Shown here: one piece after another, positions 18,187-26,343 of the stretch
Layout: each line of letters begins with the position of its first letter
How positions within the stretch are numbered: the first letter of the stretch is position 1
NCBI GenBank assembly: GCA_934096275.1
Contig: CAKOLK010000002.1
Span: forward strand, 43,784 to 107,783
DNA length: 64,000 bases
DNA from: an uncultured Bacilli bacterium
GTDB taxonomy: Bacteria; Bacillota_I; Bacilli_A; RF39; UBA660
Reading direction: 5' to 3'
Translations under genes and position numbers: made by a program
The notes under the pieces: model-generated
Told to the model about the DNA's origin: nothing
Database searches by the model: none
The model's input: the letters and a program-made list of their open reading frames with translations, nothing else

Positions 18187-18858
18187 TTGGTAGTAGTGAA
18201 AAAAAAGTTAAAGCTAGTTTCTAAAATTATTTCTTCAACTTTGTTTGTAATACTTTTATTTATAATGGTTTTTTTGCTTGTGTATGTTATCAGAGTAAAA
18301 ATTCTTGCAAATAATAATGATTTGGGCGAAGTAAAATTGAATTTTTATACAATACTTTCTCCGAGTATGTATCCGACGATAAAACCTGGTGATATTATTG
18401 TTACATATAAAGAAGATGCTTATTATAAAGGCGATATTATTACTTTTGTTTCTTCATCAAATATTAGTAGTGGAAAGACTATTACGCATAGAATATATTC
18501 CGAACCTATTGAAATGAATGGCAAGATGCAATATACTACGAAAGGTGATAATAATCCTACTCCAGATAGTGCTCCTGCTAATGAGGATAATGTCTTAGGC
18601 AAGGTTTTATTTAAAATACCAAAGGCTGGTTATATACAGCAATTTTTATTATCGAAAATTGGTTGGGTCTCTGTTATTTTACTTCCTTGTATTGGGGTAG
18701 TTATATATGATATTTTAAAAATATTTAGGATTGCTGGGAAAAAAACAAAGTCGGCGATTAAAAAAAATGCTAGAGTAGATGTTGCACGTGGTGAACTTAT
18801 TAAAACATTAAATGAAGAACAATATGATAAAAATAAAAAAAATGATGAGGAGAAATGA
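18187..18858 (+). CDS. sipW: SipW-type (ER/archaeal type) signal peptidase I
   Basis: SPSMYPTI (Ser), ITHRI (His) and TKGDNNPTPDSAP..EDNV..IPKAGY align closely with B. subtilis SipW as I recall it. Has a C-terminal TM. The start may be GTG 18196. Confidence 0.88.
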   Translation: MVVVKKKLKLVSKIISSTLFVILLFIMVFLLVYVIRVKILANNNDLGEVKLNFYTILSPSMYPTIKPGDIIVTYKEDAYYKGDIITFVSSSNISSGKTITHRIYSEPIEMNGKMQYTTKGDNNPTPDSAPANEDNVLGKVLFKIPKAGYIQQFLLSKIGWVSVILLPCIGVVIYDILKIFRIAGKKTKSAIKKNARVDVARGELIKTLNEEQYDKNKKNDEEK

Positions 18859-19550
18859 TTATGATGAAAGAATTTTTTAAGCTTTTTGGAAATATTATGA
18901 TGATGTTAGGAATTATGATGGCTTCATTTTTGCTATTAATTAATTTATATCACTATAGGGATTTAACTCATACTTATAATATTGATATTGATGAGAATGT
19001 TTCATATAAAAATATTAAAAATAATATTGGTAAATCTGAAAAATTATTGTCTATTGACATGGGTAAGGTAAATGCCGAAAACTATGATTCTGCTAAGGCT
19101 GTTAAAGTTTCTATTAATAAGTGTATTACCACTTTTAAAGATTCGGATTTATATAATAAATCAGGTATATATAATTTTAAGTATTATGATACTTATTTGA
19201 ACATGAATTATTTATATACTAAGATTAACTCTGATTGTAATAGTTTGCTAAAATATAATATTAAGCCTTATATTGAATCTAATGCTAATATTAAATCTAG
19301 TTATGATAATATGATGGTTAATTATGATAAAATCTTTGATGTTGTTATAAGTAACTCTAATTATATGGAGAAAAAATCATTAAATACTAATTCTTATTTC
19401 TTTACTAGTGAAATGAATAGATTTTCTATTTTTGATGATTTAAGAAGTGATACAGAGTTTACATTAAGAAATTATGATATAGTTTCATCACTTATTTTAG
19501 ATTTGTCTACTTGGTATTCTAATACTTTTGGAGGTGGTTCAAATGAGTAA
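18855..19550 (+). CDS. Single-pass membrane/secreted protein of unknown function (fibre-locus gene 5)
   Basis: The ATGA overlaps the sipW stop. Has an N-terminal TM and an N/Y/S-rich ectodomain. I recognise no family. Confidence 0.5.
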   Translation: MIMMKEFFKLFGNIMMMLGIMMASFLLLINLYHYRDLTHTYNIDIDENVSYKNIKNNIGKSEKLLSIDMGKVNAENYDSAKAVKVSINKCITTFKDSDLYNKSGIYNFKYYDTYLNMNYLYTKINSDCNSLLKYNIKPYIESNANIKSSYDNMMVNYDKIFDVVISNSNYMEKKSLNTNSYFFTSEMNRFSIFDDLRSDTEFTLRNYDIVSSLILDLSTWYSNTFGGGSNE

Positions 19551-20013
19551 TATTTTTTCGAAAATTTTCTTTTTCTTAAGATATGTCCTAATTATTATAG
19601 CATTCTTATTAATTTTTTGGGGCATTATGTTTACTTATCAAAGGCTTGAAAAACCATTATCTGAATCTATTAATGTAATACTTCCATTTGTTTTGGTTTT
19701 TATAGTTTTTATAGCTAATTTATTTGTTGCTAAAAAAGCATGTAGCGAAAATTTATTATTTAATTTTGGTTCATTTTTAATTCTGATAGTAATTATATTA
19801 ATTGGTTTGAGAGCTAAATTTGATACAAATATGTTAATTTATTATAAGTATAATATTTCATATAATTCCGCTTATTTGGCTGATAATCTTGCGATGATTG
19901 AATCAATGTTGTATATTATTTTTGGCTCAAATATTTTACTTATTATTGGAGAATTATTTAATAAAAAAGTTAAGAAACAAGATGCAAAAGATAAACCTAA
20001 TAAATCTAAGTAA
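19543..20013 (+). CDS. Four-TM membrane protein of unknown function (fibre-locus gene 6)
   Basis: GGAGGTGG precedes ATG 19543, with an 8-nt overlap onto the previous ORF. Four hydrophobic segments and a basic tail. Confidence 0.5.
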   Translation: MSNIFSKIFFFLRYVLIIIAFLLIFWGIMFTYQRLEKPLSESINVILPFVLVFIVFIANLFVAKKACSENLLFNFGSFLILIVIILIGLRAKFDTNMLIYYKYNISYNSAYLADNLAMIESMLYIIFGSNILLIIGELFNKKVKKQDAKDKPNKSK

Positions 20014-20076
20014 TATATTTTGTAATATTTGGAACAAGTTAGTGCAATTTTACTTTCTTACTTTTTGGTACTATAA

Positions 20077-20127
20077 AAGTGTAATAGTTAATTACTAAAA
20101 TGTGATTGAATATTACACTTTTTTTAT
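20077..20127 (+). terminator. Rho-independent terminator of the fibre locus
   Basis: aaagtgtaata ... tattacacttt stem followed by TTTTTT. The loop is long. Confidence 0.55.
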
Positions 20128-20330
20128 TATGATTGAAATGATTGGATAATGTGGTACTTTTAGAGATAAAGTTCTTGACATAAAGGGTGTTATTAAATTT
20201 TTATATAATATATTCGTTTAAGCAAGTTAAAATTGAAACAATTCTTGGGTAAAGAACCAAAATGAGGATATGTATGGGAATTGTAATTAATCATAATATA
20301 AAGAATAGAAAATCAAAGGGAAAGAGAAAA

Positions 20331-20730
20331 TGGAGTATGGAGTTGGAATTGTTATTCCAAAAAAAGTCCAATAACAATATTATCACTTGAGTGACAGGTA
20401 ATTGAAGATCCTTTTGAAATAAGCCATGATATTATGGACTAGAACTATTGTAAAAAAATGTAAGATATTCCAAATGAAGATTTAAAAATTATAATGAAAG
20501 TAACAGAAACCTATCATTTATCAATACTAGGTTATTTACTTAATGAAGGATATTTTGTTCTTGCAGAAAATACTTTAAGGATTAAAAAATATCTTGATAG
20601 AGGTTTAAGAAAATTCAAAACAGATAAAAAGGATTCACTAAAATTAGCAAAATATGTCTGTGATAATTGGTGTAAGTTGAATAAAGTAAGGGAAAATGAT
20701 AAAACTTATCTGAAAATAGAACTGAGTTGA
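20331..20730 (+). pseudogene. Degraded, truncated IS110-family transposase (N-terminal DEDD domain remnant)
   Basis: 20494-20730 encodes ETYHLSILGYLLNEGYFVLAENTL.IKKY...RK.KTDKKDSLKLAKY (compare the IS110 motif ATG.YH..L...L...G..V.V.NP...K......KTDK.DA..IA). Upstream MEYGVGIVIPKK resembles the VGIDVSK start but is interrupted by stops. The C-terminal transposase domain is absent. Confidence 0.7.
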
Positions 20731-20827
20731 GGTAATTTGTGTAGTAAAAATACCCTTGTTAGAAAGTAATGCGTTTTTTCTTTTGTTTTTTTTAGAAAAG
20801 TGTTATTATTTATATGGAGGTACTTTT

Positions 20828-21643
20828 ATGTTGAAAGACTTTAATTTTAAAAAAAAATATGGACAAAATTTTTTAGTTGATAAAAACATTGTTAATAAGA
20901 TAATAAATAATGTGGAATCATTAACTGATTCTTTGGTTATAGAAATAGGCTGTGGTGATGGAAAGTTAACTAATGAGTTATGTAAAAAATTTAATTATGT
21001 TCTTGGATATGAAATTGATTTAGATGTAAAGGATAGACTTATTGCAAATCTTAGCACTTTTAGTAATTATAAGATTATTTTTGATGATTTTTTAAACAGA
21101 AATTTAGTTGATGATATTAGCGATTTGTCTTATTCTAATATATGTGTTATAGCTAATTTACCTTATTATGTTACCACTGCGATTATAGAGAAATTAATTT
21201 TATCTGGTATTAATTTTGAATTTATGAATTTTATGGTTCAAAATGAGGTTGCTGATAGATTTGTTGCTAATGTTGGTACTAAAGAATATAATTCTTTGAC
21301 TGTTTTTTTAAGTTATAAATATGATGTTAAAAAGTTATTTGTTGTTAATAGAAAATGCTTTTATCCTGTTCCTAATGTTGATAGTGCTATAGTTTGTTTT
21401 AAGAAAAAGGAAAATAAATGTAATGTTTTAAATGAGGATCTATTTTTTAGATTGATAAGAGATTCATTTAAGTTCAAACGAAAAACTTTGAAGAATAATC
21501 TCTCTATGTATAATCTTGAAATTGTTTCTGATGTTTTGAAAAAATATAACTTTGATTTAAGTGTTAGGGCTGAACAACTTAGTATAGAAATTTTTTGTGA
21601 TATTGCTAATACTTTGAATATGGAGGTTTCTAATGAAGAATAA
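20828..21643 (+). CDS. rsmA: 16S rRNA (adenine1518/1519-N6)-dimethyltransferase
   Basis: KKKYGQNFLVD, EIGCGDG and NLPYY motifs. GGAGG precedes ATG 20828. Confidence 0.93.
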   Translation: MLKDFNFKKKYGQNFLVDKNIVNKIINNVESLTDSLVIEIGCGDGKLTNELCKKFNYVLGYEIDLDVKDRLIANLSTFSNYKIIFDDFLNRNLVDDISDLSYSNICVIANLPYYVTTAIIEKLILSGINFEFMNFMVQNEVADRFVANVGTKEYNSLTVFLSYKYDVKKLFVVNRKCFYPVPNVDSAIVCFKKKENKCNVLNEDLFFRLIRDSFKFKRKTLKNNLSMYNLEIVSDVLKKYNFDLSVRAEQLSIEIFCDIANTLNMEVSNEE

Positions 21644-22481
21644 TATTAATAGAAGTTGTGTAAAAAAAATAAGGACTAAAACAATATTGTTTAGTGCTTT
21701 GTTTGTTGTTTTTGCTATTGGCCTTATTATTAGTTTGCTTGAAATATTTTTTTGGAATAATGATAACAATAATATTTTAAAGCTTTCTGATGACATAAGC
21801 AGAAACACTGAGGTTAAGATGGTTGATGATAATAAAAATACTGAGGTTATTGAAGATAAAACTATAAAAAATGATAAGAATAATAGTTATTGGCAATTTA
21901 TTAAAATGCCTTTGATTGATGTTGATATTAATGGTCTAATAAAGCAAAACAGTGATACTGTTGGTTGGATTAATGTTAACAATACTAATATTAATTATCC
22001 ATTTGTGCAAACAAAAGATAATAAATATTATTTGACACATGCTTTTGATAAAAGTTGGAATGATGCTGGATGGGTATTTTTAGATTATAGAAATAGTAAA
22101 GATTTTTCTAGTAAAAATAATATTATTTATGGACATTCTAGATTAGATAAGACTATGTTTGGTTCTTTACATAATGTTCTTACTAGTAATTGGTATAATA
22201 ATAAGAATAATCATGTAATTAGATTATCTACTCAAACTGAGAATACAATGTGGCAAATTTTTTCTGTTTATAAAGTTCCCATGGAAACTTACTATCTAAC
22301 TACTGATTTTACTAGTTCTTCTGAGTATTCTGATTTTTTAAAAACTATTAAAGATAGAAGTGTTCATAGCTTTGGTGTTAGTGTTAGTTCTAGTGATAAA
22401 ATTCTTACACTTAGTACTTGTTCTAATAATAATAAACGTGTTGTTGTGCATGCTAAGTTAATTAAAAGAAGTTATAAATAA
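21633..22481 (+). CDS. srtB: Class B sortase
   Basis: N-terminal TM, DNKYYLTHAFD, IIYGHS (His), LTLSTC (Cys) and a downstream Arg. Overlaps the rsmA 3' end by 11 nt. Confidence 0.8.
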   Translation: MKNNINRSCVKKIRTKTILFSALFVVFAIGLIISLLEIFFWNNDNNNILKLSDDISRNTEVKMVDDNKNTEVIEDKTIKNDKNNSYWQFIKMPLIDVDINGLIKQNSDTVGWINVNNTNINYPFVQTKDNKYYLTHAFDKSWNDAGWVFLDYRNSKDFSSKNNIIYGHSRLDKTMFGSLHNVLTSNWYNNKNNHVIRLSTQTENTMWQIFSVYKVPMETYYLTTDFTSSSEYSDFLKTIKDRSVHSFGVSVSSSDKILTLSTCSNNNKRVVVHAKLIKRSYK

Positions 22482-22533
22482 TTTGTAGTTATTTTATTGA
22501 ATGTTTAGCATATAATTTTTTGGAGATGATTAT

Positions 22534-23328
22534 ATGCTTTTTAATATTGGTGATTTAGTTACTAGAAAATCACATAATAATGATACTGTGTTTAAGATTG
22601 TTAGTATATCTGATGATGTAGTTATTTTAAAGGGACTTAACATAAGATTAATGGCTGATGCTAATGTTTCAGATTTAGTTCATTGTGAAAATTGTGAAAA
22701 TGATTTGATTTTAGATGATGATAAATTAACTGACAGGATGATTTCTTTTTCTGATTTAGATAGAGATGAGTATTTTTATTTGCCTGGTAAAATTTTACAT
22801 ATTGATGCCGATGATGATTATTTGAAACGATGTATGAATCTTTATAAGAAACTTAATATATTATCGTATGGTGCTGTTGTGGATGAAAGAGATATGCCTA
22901 ATCAGATACTTGAACATTTAAATGAAACTAATCCTGATATACTTGTTATTACTGGACATGATGCATATTATGATAAGGAAAATACTGATATTTTAAATAA
23001 TTCTAATTATAAAAACAGTATTAGTTTTATTAAGACTGTTATGAATGCTAGAAAGTATGAAAACGATCATGAAAAACTTATTATAATAGCGGGTGCTTGT
23101 CAATCTAATTATGAAGAATTGATTAAAGCAGGAGCTAATTTTGCTAGTAGTCCAAAAAGAATAAATATACATGCACTCGATCCTGCGATTATTGCAAGTA
23201 GTGTGAGTTTATCAAATAGAAATAAACCTATAGATTTGTTAGATATTCTGCAAAAGACTAAATATGGCACAGATGGTATTGGTGGTATTATAACAAATGG
23301 TACTATGTATGTGGGGTATCCTAGATGA
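22534..23328 (+). CDS. yabG: Sporulation-specific cysteine peptidase YabG
   Basis: GKILHIDADDDYL..C, VITGHDAY and GACQS motifs. Conserved position before veg. Confidence 0.85.
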   Translation: MLFNIGDLVTRKSHNNDTVFKIVSISDDVVILKGLNIRLMADANVSDLVHCENCENDLILDDDKLTDRMISFSDLDRDEYFYLPGKILHIDADDDYLKRCMNLYKKLNILSYGAVVDERDMPNQILEHLNETNPDILVITGHDAYYDKENTDILNNSNYKNSISFIKTVMNARKYENDHEKLIIIAGACQSNYEELIKAGANFASSPKRINIHALDPAIIASSVSLSNRNKPIDLLDILQKTKYGTDGIGGIITNGTMYVGYPR

Positions 23329-23543
23329 CGATTGAAAAGATTAGAAATAATATTACTTCTTGTGTTGGCAAAAAGTATTTATTTAAAGTGAATGGTGCTA
23401 GAAATCAGACAGAAAAGTTTTATGGTGTTGTAACGGGTGTTTATAAGTTTGTTTTTTTAATAAAGTGTTCTAATGGTATAACAAAATCTTTTTCTTATTC
23501 TGATGTTTTGATTGGTAATATAGAGTTTGTTAATGTTTCTTAA
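23325..23543 (+). CDS. veg: Veg protein (biofilm/sporulation associated small protein)
   Basis: 72 aa with a Veg-like N-terminus (IEKIRNNI...GKKYLFKVNGARNQ). Synteny is yabG-veg. Confidence 0.8.
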   Translation: MTIEKIRNNITSCVGKKYLFKVNGARNQTEKFYGVVTGVYKFVFLIKCSNGITKSFSYSDVLIGNIEFVNVS

Positions 23544-23673
23544 TTTTAAAAGTTTTTATTATGTTTATTGTTTACAGTATTTGGTAAAATATTATAAATA
23601 ATATTGATTTTTTATTTTCTATCATATACAATAATATTAGGAGCGGTTTGCTTCAAAAAGGAGGAACTAAAAG

Positions 23674-23931
23674 ATGAAAATTACATCAGTAAATGTACGT
23701 AAAGTTGAAAAAGAAGGATCTCGTATGAAAGGAATTGCATCAGTTTTAATTGATGATTGTTTTGCAATTCATGATATCCGTATAATTGAAGGAGATAATG
23801 GTTTATTTATAGCAATGCCTAGTAGAAAGACTTCAACTGGTGGATATCGTGATATAGCACATCCAATTAACCCTGAAACTCGTGCATTATTTGAAGAAGC
23901 TATTTTAGAAGCGTATAAGACTGCTGAATAA
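23674..23931 (+). CDS. spoVG: Septation/sporulation regulator SpoVG
   Basis: [50 protein letters not shown] is highly conserved SpoVG. Confidence 0.95.
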   Translation: MKITSVNVRKVEKEGSRMKGIASVLIDDCFAIHDIRIIEGDNGLFIAMPSRKTSTGGYRDIAHPINPETRALFEEAILEAYKTAE

Positions 23932-23942
23932 TATAGTATCTT

Positions 23943-23967
23943 ACACACCATTGGTGTGTTTTTTTTC
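23943..23967 (+). terminator. Rho-independent terminator after spoVG
   Basis: acacacc / ggtgtgt stem, 3-nt loop, then TTTTTTTT. Confidence 0.75.
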
Positions 23968-24010
23968 ATATTTATTTTTTGTTATCATATTATTTATTGG
24001 GAGGAATAGT

Positions 24011-24292
24011 ATGAAAGATAATATAAGTTATAGTCATAGTATTAATATTAATGAAAGAAATGGTATTTATATTACTGGAGTTTTGAAGATTGATAGTTTC
24101 GATGATGAAGAATTTTTGCTTGAAACTAATATGGGATATTTAGCTATTAAGGGAGAAAATCTTGAACTTATAAGATTAGATACTAAGGATGGGGTAGTTT
24201 CTATAAAAGGATTAATTATTAGTATGAGTTATATTGAAGATTTGAAAAAATCAAATAAACAGTCTTCGTTTTTTGAAAAGGTTTTTAAATGA
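24011..24292 (+). CDS. yabP: Sporulation protein YabP
   Basis: GGGAGG precedes ATG 24011. YabP/YqfC beta-barrel pattern (ITGV.KIDSFDDEEF.LET..G.L.IKGENL). The track start at 23951 lies inside the spoVG terminator. Confidence 0.85.
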   Translation: MKDNISYSHSININERNGIYITGVLKIDSFDDEEFLLETNMGYLAIKGENLELIRLDTKDGVVSIKGLIISMSYIEDLKKSNKQSSFFEKVFK

Positions 24293-24567
24293 GTTTAAAA
24301 ATTCAGATTTATACTTTTCTTTTTCTTTTGCTTTATAGTTTTTTCTTTTGCTTGTTATTTTTGATTTTAAGGAAACAATTGATTCATTATAGAATTTTTT
24401 TTAGGCTTTTATATAATTTAATTTTTATGTTGTTATATACTTTTGTATTTATTTTTTTAATTATAAAAATAAATGCTGGAATTTTAAGTATTTACTATGT
24501 TTTTTTTATTTTTGGTGGAATAATTATTTCGTATTTTATTATTAGACACTCAAAGTGTAAACTTTAG
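24289..24567 (+). CDS. yabQ: Spore cortex biosynthesis membrane protein YabQ
   Basis: Multi-TM 92-aa protein, overlapping yabP by 4 nt. Synteny is yabP-yabQ-divIC. Confidence 0.7.
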   Translation: MSLKIQIYTFLFLLLYSFFFCLLFLILRKQLIHYRIFFRLLYNLIFMLLYTFVFIFLIIKINAGILSIYYVFFIFGGIIISYFIIRHSKCKL

Positions 24568-24643
24568 TGTTTTTTTGTCTAACTTATTGAATATTTTCTT
24601 GTCTTTTGCTATTATTTATGGTAGAAGGTAGGTGACTAGAATA

Positions 24644-24940
24644 ATGGCAAAAAAAAGAAGAAAAGTTAAAACTAATTTTAAACGTGCTTTTTTAATTACT
24701 GTTTTTTGCTTAGTCACTAATTTCTTTGTTATTACTTATATTGGTGGAACATTTAAGAATGTTATTGAGTTAAAAAAGGAACAACAAGAACTTTCTGGAA
24801 CTTTAGTGGATCTTAAGGAAAAGGAAGAAACTTTGAAAGCAGAGGTTAATAAATTACAAGATCCTGATTACATTGCTAAATATGCTAGAGAAAAGTTTAT
24901 GTATTCAGGTGATGGAGAATATATTATTAGAATTAAATAA
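24644..24940 (+). CDS. divIC: Septum formation initiator (FtsB/DivIC family)
   Basis: Basic N-terminus, one TM, a coiled coil, and the C-terminal DPDYIAKYAREKF motif. Confidence 0.85.
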   Translation: MAKKRRKVKTNFKRAFLITVFCLVTNFFVITYIGGTFKNVIELKKEQQELSGTLVDLKEKEETLKAEVNKLQDPDYIAKYAREKFMYSGDGEYIIRIK

Positions 24941-25007
24941 TAACTTTGTTATTATTTTTTCGTTGAATTTTTATATATATAAATGTATTATAGTATGTGG
25001 TGATTTT

Positions 25008-26327
25008 ATGAATGAAGTTTTTTTATATTTAGATAATCTATTAAAAAGTGATGATATTGTAGTTATTGGTTGTTCTGGTGGACCTGATTCTATGGCCCTT
25101 CTTAATATATTAATGAAATATAGGGATAGGATTGGTATTTCTATAATTTGTTGTCATGTCAATCATAATGTTAGGGAGGAAAGTTATGATGAGATGAAGT
25201 GGTTAGAGAGTTATTGCGCTTCTAATGATATAGTTTTTGAAGGAATGACTATTGAAAATTATGGAGAGGATAATTTTGAAAATGAAGCTAGAAATATTAG
25301 GTATAATTTTTTTGAAGAAGTTGTAAAGAAATATACTGCTAATTATTTAATGACTGCTCATCATGGTGATGATTTGATAGAAACTGTTTTGATGAAGATT
25401 GTTAGAGGTTCTAATTTGTCTGGTTATAGTGGTTTTAAAATGGATGTTGATAAGGGATTTTATCGAATTGTTCGTCCACTTGTTTATGCTACTAAAGATG
25501 AACTTGTTTCTTATGATAATGAAAACAATATAGATTATGTAATTGATAAAACTAATTTTATGGATATACACACTCGAAATAGATATAGAAGAGTAGTGTT
25601 ACCATTTCTTAAGAATGAAGATAAGAATGTTCATAGAAAGTTTTTGAAATATAGTAATACTTTAATAATGTATGATAATTATATTAATGAGCAAATTAAA
25701 GATATGATTGATAGTGTTTATAGTAATCATATTTTAGATGTTGATGCTTTTAAAGCTGTAGAAGATATTTTTAAAGCTAAAATTATTTATTTAATGCTTG
25801 AAGACTTTTATCAAGATGATATGATTCTTATAAATGATGTTCATGTTGATTTGGTTATTAGTCTTATTAATTCTAATAAGTCTAATGGATTTGTTAATCT
25901 TCCTAATAATGTTAAAGTTATTAAGAAATATGATAAATTGTATATTGATTTTGAAACTAAGCAAATAGATAATTATGAGATTGAACTTGGTGATAGTGTT
26001 TTACTGCCTAATAATAAGACTATAGAAAGGGTATCATTTTTAGATAAGAATGATAATTGTTGTTGCAGATTAAATAGCGAGGATATAGTTTTACCTATTA
26101 TTGTGAGAACTAGAAGATCTGGTGATAAAATGTATGTTAAGAATATGAGTGGTTCAAAAAAAGTAAAGGATATTTTCATTGATTCTAAGGTTCCAATTTC
26201 TGAACGTGATAGCTGGCCTATTGTGGTTGATTCTAATGATAATGTATTATGGATACCTGGTATTAAAAAATCTAAGTTTGATATTCCAAAAAATAAAAAG
26301 TGTGATATAATATTATGGTATAAATGA
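25008..26327 (+). CDS. tilS: tRNA(Ile)-lysidine synthetase
   Basis: PP-loop GCSGGPDSMAL. C-terminal TilS domain (RTRRSGDKM...WPIV). Start is ATG 25008. Confidence 0.92.
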   Translation: MNEVFLYLDNLLKSDDIVVIGCSGGPDSMALLNILMKYRDRIGISIICCHVNHNVREESYDEMKWLESYCASNDIVFEGMTIENYGEDNFENEARNIRYNFFEEVVKKYTANYLMTAHHGDDLIETVLMKIVRGSNLSGYSGFKMDVDKGFYRIVRPLVYATKDELVSYDNENNIDYVIDKTNFMDIHTRNRYRRVVLPFLKNEDKNVHRKFLKYSNTLIMYDNYINEQIKDMIDSVYSNHILDVDAFKAVEDIFKAKIIYLMLEDFYQDDMILINDVHVDLVISLINSNKSNGFVNLPNNVKVIKKYDKLYIDFETKQIDNYEIELGDSVLLPNNKTIERVSFLDKNDNCCCRLNSEDIVLPIIVRTRRSGDKMYVKNMSGSKKVKDIFIDSKVPISERDSWPIVVDSNDNVLWIPGIKKSKFDIPKNKKCDIILWYK

Positions 26328-26343
26328 AAAGGAGGAAATTTTT

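Noticed and set aside
20175-20209. TTGACA ... TATAAT upstream of the IS110 relic as a promoter
   Set aside because: The spacer is 23 nt, too long for a sigma-A promoter, so this is probably a chance match in AT-rich DNA.
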